From: Antedon mediterranea
Lineage: Eukaryota > Animalia > Echinodermata
Direction of reading: 5' to 3'
Length of the DNA: 64,000 nt
Assembly: GCF_964355755.1 (NCBI RefSeq)
Contig: NC_092676.1
Location: forward strand, 8,967,888 to 9,031,887
The translations under genes were made by a program, and so were the position numbers. This document shows positions 55,523-64,000 of this stretch, piece by piece. The notes beneath the pieces were generated by a model. The model made no database searches. It saw nothing but the letters and a program-made list of their open reading frames with translations, and was not told the origin of the DNA. The stretch's first letter is position 1. Each line of letters opens with the position of its first letter.

Positions 55523-56945
55523 GTTGAGAAAACAACAGTTTAGACAATTTATCAGTCACTAGGTGGTAGAAAGTTGAAAACTATTTTATGGAGAAGATTT
55601 TTCAATAGCTTTTTTCAAGAGCTTCTTGGCTTGGCTAAGTCGAAACTGGTTTTAATTAATTAATTTTATCCTAAAAAAGTACAAGATTGCCCATATATTA
55701 TTAGGCTATCTAGGACCAGGTTCTTTCTATGAATATAGGCTAGGCTATATTTATATGTAACTCGGCGTTTACGCCAAAAAAACATGAGCCTGGTTTTTAT
55801 TTAGTAGGCCTAGCCTAGTCGACAACATCATTCCCGCACTTTCATCGTTCATTTTATAAGTTGTCCGTCCTAAATAAGGGCCTAGCTAGGCTTACCTAGC
55901 CCATTAAGCCTAGCCTAAATTGTAGTCATCAGAAAGAGCACTAATAAAAAAAACAGATGCACAATAAGTAATCACAAACTCAGAGGATTTACAATTCTGA
56001 CTGTAATCGTTGAGTGTTATTTCTTCAATTAACGGCGCTGTTTCAATATTTAGCTTGTCTGTTTTTATTTCCTTTCATAATCATAGCTTAATTTTCTGAA
56101 TAGATCAATATTATCAAGCATTAGGCGCAGGAGCCCCGGATAGCGTTACGAAGTCGTTAACTCTGTCAGCCCATGGTCAACCCAACTAATGTGTTTTTCC
56201 CAAGGACAACTTATCAATAACTAAACTTTGTCACCACCCATAAGTGTGCTGTTCATTTCCTATTGACCAATGAACACCAATGTAACTGGACCTGAGTTTC
56301 TTGCTATTCGACCTTGGGTGCAAATTATACAATTAATTGATGTTAAGGCCACTGACTACTCTTTTCTGTATAGAAACACTGAATTGACTGAATAATAAGA
56401 AAACCCTACAATAATTTCTACTACTACTTGATATGGTGTTACAAGAACTATATTAAAAGAATTGAATGTATGGAGAATGAAAAGTTAAACGTTATAACTT
56501 ATGTAAAACATCACTTAGATGATATCTATCAGATATATCATTTTCTAAAAATTGTTTCATTAGTTAGAATAGATCACGGAAAACCAATACCAATACTGAT
56601 CTGGACTCGGAAATTCAAAATGTAGCAGGCAACGTTTCACCAATGAAAACTTTCAAGACAAACAAAGTATCATAATTATCATGATATCCATTTTTATTTA
56701 ATAACGATAAATCATGGATAAATGGATATAAATATTTCGTCTTTTTTGTTATTTTGTGATGGAAAATATATTGAGTGAACATTGGCACTGAGCTTAAATG
56801 TTCCCCGTCGGGCCACTCATCCCCTTAATGTCTGCTTTATAGGAGTGTCCCCTCAGTAAAGATTTGCTGTTTTTCCCCTTAATAATAAATTATGATGTCC
56901 ATCTTATCCTCTCAATTTTAATGTGCTACACCCGATAATAGAATA

Positions 56946-57116
56946 CACATCTAGCTCGTTTGTACTTAAAGAACCTAGTACATCTTTCGAGACGAGTGGA
57001 GGGTTACCCCGGGTGTATTAGTACATCACAGCCACTGATCACCAACTGGGCCCTCTGGGAGACCAGTCTTTGACTGAAGAGGTTACCCAGTATAAATATA
57101 TATTTCAATTCAATTC
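56946..57116 (+). mobile_element. 5'-truncated SINE/LINE 3' end
   Basis: (TTCAA)n tail; AATAGAATA on both sides as a possible TSD; interrupts the first minisatellite unit. Confidence 0.55.
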
Positions 57117-57119
57117 AAT

Positions 57120-58570
57120 AGAATAACTGTACAGTAGGCTCCCATTTGATGCAATGTGTTACCCAATGTGCTCAATTTGATTGTGCTACCCAAATCCATG
57201 CTATCCATTTGAAATAATTTGCTATCCATTTGAAAGAATGTGCTACCCAATAATCCGTATAGAATAATGTACAGTACAATTATATCCATTTGATTGTGCT
57301 ACCTAATGTGCTATCCATTTGAAATAATGTGCTATCCATTTGAAATAATGTGCTATCCATTTGAAATAATGTGCTATCCATTTGAAAGAATGTGCTACCC
57401 GATAATCCTTATAGAATAATGTACAGTACTATATCCATTTGACTGTGCTACCTAATGTGCTATCCATTTGAAAGAATGTGCTACCCGATTCTCCTTATAG
57501 AATAATGTACAATACTATATCTATTTGATTGTGCTACCCAATGTGCTATCCATTTGAAATAATGTGCTATCCATTTGAAATAATATGCTATTTGAAAGAA
57601 TGTGCTACCCGATAATCCGTATAGAATAATGTACAGTACAATTACATCCATTTGATTGTGCTACCTAATGTGCTATCCATTTGAAATAATGTGCTATCCA
57701 TTTGAAAGAATGTGCTATCCATTTGAAAGAATGTGCTACCCGATAATCCGTATAGAATAATGTACAGTACAGTACTATATCCATTTGATTGTGCTACCCA
57801 ATGTGCTATCCATTTGAAAGAATGTGCTATCCATTTGAAAGAATGTGCTACCCGATAATCCGTATAAAATAATGTACAGTACTATATCCATTTGATTGTG
57901 CTACCTAATGTGCTATCCATTTGAAAGAATGTGCTACCCGATAATCCTTATAGAATAATGTACAGTACTATATCCATTTGACTGTGCTACCTAATGTGCT
58001 ATCCATTTGAAAGAATGTGCTACCCGATAATCCGTAGGCTATAGAATAATGTACAGTACAATTATATCCATTTGATTGTGCTACCTAATGTGCTATCCAT
58101 TTGAAATAATGTGCTACCCGATAATCCTTATAGAATAATGTACAGTACTATATCTATTTGATTGTGCTACCCAATGTGCTATCCATTTGAAATAATGTGC
58201 TATCCATTTTGAAATAATGTGCTATCCATTTGAAAGAATGTGCTATCCATTTGAAATAGGCCTAATGTGCTATCCATTTGAAAGAATGTGCTACCCGATA
58301 ATCATAGAATAATGTACAGTACTATATCCATTTGATTGTGCTACCTAATGTGCTATCCATTTGAAAGAATGTGCTATCCATTTGAAAGAATGTGCTATCC
58401 ATTTGAAAGAATGTGCTACCCGATAATCCGTATAGATTGCACAGTATACAGTTATATCATAGTTATATCCATTTGATTGAACTATCTATTGTGCTATCCG
58501 TTTGAACTAATGTGCTGTCTGTTTGAAATAATTCAGGTTTTTTTTTTAAATATGTTTTGCTATCCATTTT
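57120..58570. repeat. Hierarchical minisatellite: 21-bp ATGTGCTATCCATTTGAAA(T/G)A within larger variable blocks
   Basis: Directly visible. Blocks contain CCCGATAATCC.TATAGAATAATGTACAGTAC plus 1-5 of the 21-mers. Confidence 0.93.
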
Positions 58571-61352
58571 AAACGTGCTAAACAAGTTACATATTTGTTG
58601 ATATAAATTTGCGGTACACCACGTAGGCCTATATTAGTTCTGAAAAGAACTGTTGAGTTGCTTGACGTTTCGATTTAGGCCTACTCCAAAGTCAAAGTCT
58701 CCAAAGCTATTCCATCATGTCGTATTCGGGGAATCGCCCACAAGTGTTTTCTCAGAGAAGGGTATGTTCTGTATGGGGTTCTGTATGCTATTTGTTAATA
58801 ATGTACAAAAAATGAAATGAAAAATCATATTAATTATCGGTATGTACGGAGGAAGCTCGAACAAGACGAAGCGCGAAACAAATAAAAGCGCAGCGCGAAA
58901 CATCTGATAATATGATATACAATTTCTCAAAACATGAAAACACAGAATATATTATATTAATATAACTTTTTAATATTTCCAAAGGCTCGGACAAGGAAGA
59001 AGGGCCTTAAAAAACTGAATTGCTATATGTTAGACCACATTTCCATAACTTTTCAAAACTCATCGAACCCTCTGCTAGTAGGCCTAATTAATATAGGAGC
59101 GTATCGCCAAATCATTAGAGAAAAAAAAACATGGCATGAAAATGTAATTAATCAAACAACGGCCAAAGAATACCAACAATTTTAATTTAGGTTTCGATTC
59201 GTAATTACTAATGTGGTGGACTAAGCCTAGTTTGAAACTATAGTGACCATTTATTTTAGAAAGAAAGATAGACAAATTTGTTTCCATCTCCATGTTATTG
59301 TTAATACCAAGGCACTTTTCAATTAAAAATTCTGGCCTAGTATTCTTGCAAGGTCGTCACAGCTCCAGTTACAAAGGTCGTCACAGCTCCAGTTACAAAC
59401 GGTGATACAAAGTGTCAATCATTTGACCAGTGAACAGCCCACTGGTAGGATAGTCCTTGAAACCGTCCGTAAAACACATTAATCACTCACATCAGTCATG
59501 CCGCTAATGGTTGAAAACCTCACTTTTTGGGGTTTTCAAACGTAACGCTATCCGGGGCTCCTGCGCCTAATGAGTCGATGTTTCAAATGCAAGCCTATCA
59601 AAATGACTTCTAAGTTCATCATATGCAAAGCCATAAAAGCTAGAGTTTGTTATATCTAGAATGCTTGGAGCTTGTATATGACCATAGCTAGGCCACTGGT
59701 ATTCCATTGTTAGCTTTGTTTGAAATTTGGCGGAAAAAGCTTGTGTACTTACTTGAACAATAGAAAGCTGGTGTATCAATTGTTCTTGCTTGAGCCTAAG
59801 ATCCTCAACATGAAAAAACACTTAATATCCCGCTTATAATATTGACTTTGACAATAAAAATTACATCTCCATGTTGAGAAAACAACAGTTTAGACAATTT
59901 ATCAGTCACTAGCTGGTAGAAAGTTGAAAACTAATTTATAGAGAAGATTTTTCAATAGCTTTTTTCAAGAGCTTCTTGGCTTGGCTAAGACTGTCGAAAC
60001 TGGTTTTAATTAATTAATTTTATCCTAAAAAAGTACAAGATTGCCCATATATTATAGGCTATCTAGGACCAGGTTCTTTCTATAAATATATGCTAGGCTA
60101 TATTTATATGTAACTCGGCGTTTACGTCAAAAAAACATGAGCCTGGTTTTTATTTAGTAGGCCTAGCCTAGTCGACAACATCATTCCCGCACTTCCATCG
60201 TTCATTTTATAAGTAGTCCGTTCTAAATAAAAGGGCCTACCCTAGGCCTAGCTAGCTAGGCTTACCTGCCCATTATGCCTAGCCTAAATTGTAGTCATCA
60301 GAAAGAGCACTAATCAAAAAACAGATACACAACAAGTAATCAATGATATATCAATAATTTAACACACAAACAGAAAATGAAACCAACTTACAGTATGTTT
60401 AGAACGGGGCTAAGCTTGCAAACAAATACTGTGTAGGCCTACTACTCTCTCCGCGAGCGTAAACATTATTTAATCCACATGTGTTCGGTCATAGAGAAAA
60501 GTTTACTTTCTATTGACTATGGTTCGGTACGGTCTGATGATTTTGAAGAGCGCCACCAATAATTTAGTAAGTGAGTCAAAAGGTTGATACGAAGAATTAA
60601 TAATGTCATTGAATGATATAATAATTGCATAATAATAAAGTAATACTAATTATAATCGAATGAAGAAATGATACATTTATTCTATAATATCATTCGTAAT
60701 AAAAAATATTTACACAATTACGATTATTGACTCATTTAAAATCATGAACGACGCGAGTTGCGAACCTTTCAATTGATTTGATTAAAAATGACTATAGGAG
60801 GCTCCAAATATCTACGAAATATGTTATCCGAGATACAGAACAAAGAATTTGTAAACCAATTGAATATTTTTAATGACAGTAAATATGAAAATGTGTGTGT
60901 TTATTGGAGTGTGCATATCCATTCAACAGTATCGACTGTAAACATCGTGAGGTGGTTTCCACATTCGTATGATCAAACGGTAGCCTACAGGGTATGATCA
61001 ACTAGCGTTCGTGTTCCCACCTATAATCATCCATTCATAGAAGTACTGATGAAGATATCAATCTGTGGCAAAAATAGAATGGACCCGAGACCTGGCTATC
61101 TTCGACTTTAAAATAATAGAAAGTTTTGAAAAATTTGTTTCTAGAAATGTACGTTGTATGATGTATAGGCCTATGTTTATTAAAAAAATTTTGTAGTTTT
61201 CTAAATTACATTGTACAAGTTGCGAAGAGAAAACTGTTATTTGATCGTAAGTTAACGTGTACATAAAGCAAAACTATCCATCCATAGGGTCATTTATCTT
61301 TTGCTAATTAATCTCCTCTTGCTTGATTGCACTCAAGCAACAATACTACAAT

Positions 61353-62216
61353 TGTAATAGCACAATGGAAGATTAAAAGATAAACTAAATCACACAGTAC
61401 AGTCTAAATACTAAAACAACTAAAACAATTCAATACAAAACTTAATTTAAAGGATTAGATCAGGCATCAAGTCTGCCCAAAATAATGATAAAAGTATGCA
61501 CATCACTCACCTAAAATAGAGAGCCAATATCCTCATTGAGTGCATGGAGGTATACCACCATGTTGAGTGTAATAAAAATAACTTCAAAACTTTAAGTGTA
61601 CAAACTGTACAACGTGTAAATATCACAATCTTCTTTAACTTGAATTGTACTTTAAACTTAGTACTCTTTTAGTATACCGTATATAATATATATATATATG
61701 TCTTTCAGTACTTTCAAATAGGTTCTCGAACTCAACGTTGTTCGAAATGTAAAAGTATATAAAGTTGAAATTTAATTAAAGTTGGAGTGTCCAGCACGTC
61801 CGATGGCAAGAGGCAAAGAGAAAGAAATCTCCCAAAACATACCCTAATGTCATCCAAAATTGTCAAACAAGGTTTACCCCTATTGGTCCATTCTTGTTAC
61901 TAGGCAAAACTCAAGAGGGGTAAATTGACCGATTGGTCAATTCCCAAATTTAGGACCTCCCATTTAAATAGATAAACATGTAAGAAGATTAAAACAGAAC
62001 AAAGAGAATTCTTAAAAGGATTAATTAACAAAATGATTAAAACATATGCAGTTCCAAGAAAAAGCAATATAATGCAAACATCTTAATGCTATATTGATAA
62101 ACAATCTTGCCCACCCACTGCACCCAGCTGCATTACATTGTAGGTACATTGGAAAATAATAAAAAGTAAAGGAAAAGAAAACATGTCTAAAACATGACAG
62201 GGTTACATCCTCCCCT
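61353..62216 (-). mobile_element. Probable 3' LTR with polypurine tract
   Basis: Minus strand AGGGGAGGA followed immediately by TGTAACCC at 62207; candidate end ...ATTACA at 61353. No partner LTR in the window. Confidence 0.45.
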
Positions 62217-64000
62217 AACTTAAATTGCTACCTCCGGGAGCAAAAACACAAAATATCAAACATTACAAGTAGAGTCACCAGTCAAAGTGGAAAAAAAAAG
62301 GATTAAAATCGTATCTGTTTAATTTATCTTGGTGAACAGGAAGTGTGATATAAACTCATTCTGCCTGGACACAATTTCAGTAATATTCACAATAACTTTT
62401 TCGTTATTAAGTTGATTGCTATAGTCTTGAATTTTTTGAAGAATTATTATAGATTTTTTTGCAACAAAATCTTTCCAGTAGTTCAAAAGTTATGATAAAT
62501 ATCTAATTTTTCTGAGATATCCTTGTGGCTATTCTAATTATTACACATACCCCACTGCTCAAATGCATGTTGGCTATTCCAAACTTGCTGGCTAGTCTGA
62601 AGATAGTACAGTTGGTAGGGATTCTCATAGAAATATTTTCACTATAATATATCTATGGCATTCTCAATGTGTACACATAAGTAATTAAATAATTCCTTGC
62701 TGTTGGAAGTTTATTTTTAATATCAATAAAGTAAATAACAAAATAAAGAATTAGCTATAATTATAACACATTTAAAATGAATGCCTTTTATAATTAGTTA
62801 CCTAAAGTAACTTTACTCCACTTTTTTTTACATATAATATAATAATTTATTTGGAAGCTACACTTTTGAAACAGTGGCACACTTCTTGAATGAAGGTGCA
62901 TCCAGAGTAAGTAAAATAAATAAATATTATTTAACAATAGGCCTATTAGTACAAGAGTCAACTTATTTGACAAAAGAACGCATTTCAATTAGTCAATTTA
63001 CATGTTGAAAAATAATCAAAATATTCATTAAGTACCTAAATATAATTAATAATTAATAATTAATTTCACTTTAATGTGTTTTTATTATTCTGTGCCTGCT
63101 AATTTTTTAGATAGACAATATAATGAACAAAGAACAGAATCCAATAAACATTAAAGGAAATGAACTAGGCCTACAGACCTATTGTTAATTGTAGACTCCT
63201 ATGAAAAGAAATTTGAAGAACAAAAGGCATAATGGGTGGAAACCATTATACAGAATATAATAGATGATATCAGTAATGTGTAAATGTACTGGTGGTGTAA
63301 AGAAAGGGTAAAACAAAAAGAGATATCTTTTGATTTGTTAAATCTAGGCCAGTAGGTAGGTAGGTCTGTTACCATGTTTGTTTAAAACAATCAGGACAGA
63401 CGATGGACTCGGACAGCCAGGCCCATAAATAAAATAGGGAGAGGCTTAGGCCATTCCTAGATCTAACCGCAAAATAATCAATTAAACTCTTAAAAATCAA
63501 TCTAACCCCAATAAACTGAACTTAAATAATCTTTTCTATATCAGTAAAATTGTGCGTGAACTATAGTCAAAACCCGCTAAAAACTGGGCCTGTCGCGTTG
63601 GGCCCAATGTTGGTAGCAGGCTACTTATCCATGTGTGTATTATCGTTGACATTTTCGTTGGAGATTTTCAGTGTAGTTTTGAAAAGAAATGATGTTAGTC
63701 TTATACTAATACTAAATTAATTAGATTATTTTACGGAAAATATATTTTTATTAAAATTATAATTTTAATCGCAGAAAATAAATTTTGGAGAGTATAATAT
63801 AAATAAAAAGCCTGATTGATAACAAAATAATTGCATCACCTTTTATTTTAACCTTGTGAAATGCGATTGTGTTTTGAAACTATAGGGTGGGTGTTTTCCA
63901 ATGTTATTTTTAGTGCGCATATTTTGCTCACCACCGGCATCTGTGCTTATTTTTGAAATACTTAATAATAGATAAAATACATTTTAATATATAATAATAT

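Larger units (their letters stand above)
56119..59572. mobile_element. 3.45-kb non-autonomous DNA transposon with perfect 32-bp TIRs, unclassified
   Basis: CATTAGGCGCAGGAGCCCCGGATAGCGTTACG at 56119 and its exact reverse complement at 59541-59572. Empty site at ~55221; no transposase ORF seen. Confidence 0.88.
55076..60341. repeat. ~896-bp tandem duplication, second copy split by a TIR element
   Basis: Copy A 55076-55971; copy B 55972-56118 plus 59573-60341. Confidence 0.88.

Noticed and set aside
57120-58570. CRISPR-like appearance of regularly spaced short repeats
   Set aside because: No unique spacers, no cas genes, eukaryotic context; it is a minisatellite.
62220-64000. Possible coding interior of the LTR element
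   Set aside because: No gag or pol motif could be read with confidence.

Overview
AT-rich animal genomic DNA, most likely a marine invertebrate. An echinoderm is suggested by the all-same-strand histone order H4-H2B-(H3)-H2A-H1, but this is inference. Three zones are visible. (1) 1-29,063 is a decaying tandem histone array: 4 H1 copies sharing a C-terminal frameshift, 6 H4 pseudogenes sharing a TGA at codon 10, 3 open but aberrant H2A ORFs, 2 H2B stubs with intact promoters, and no H3. The H4-H2B spacer of each unit carries a convergent pair of non-histone genes. One is a ~159-aa ORF with Bcl-2 BH1/BH2-like motifs, open only in the consensus of copies. The other is a two-exon 212-aa ORF whose C-terminal half follows the TIR-domain pattern. 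Individual units carry private insertions: a non-autonomous Gypsy LTR element, a Penelope fragment with inverted hammerhead-bearing repeats, a solo LTR, a MULE-like element and a short retroposon. (2) 29,069-55,500 is a ~13-kb tandem duplication of the intron-rich PFAS (FGAR amidotransferase) gene on the minus strand. The left copy has a 23-bp frameshift deletion, is fused to the middle of an H4 pseudogene, and ends inside a foldback transposon arm. (3) 51,760-64,000 holds nested mobile DNA: a CR1/L2-type LINE, a foldback element built of ~173-bp repeats, a 3.45-kb TIR element carrying a 21-bp minisatellite, and an LTR remnant. All calls were made by eye; no database search was run.
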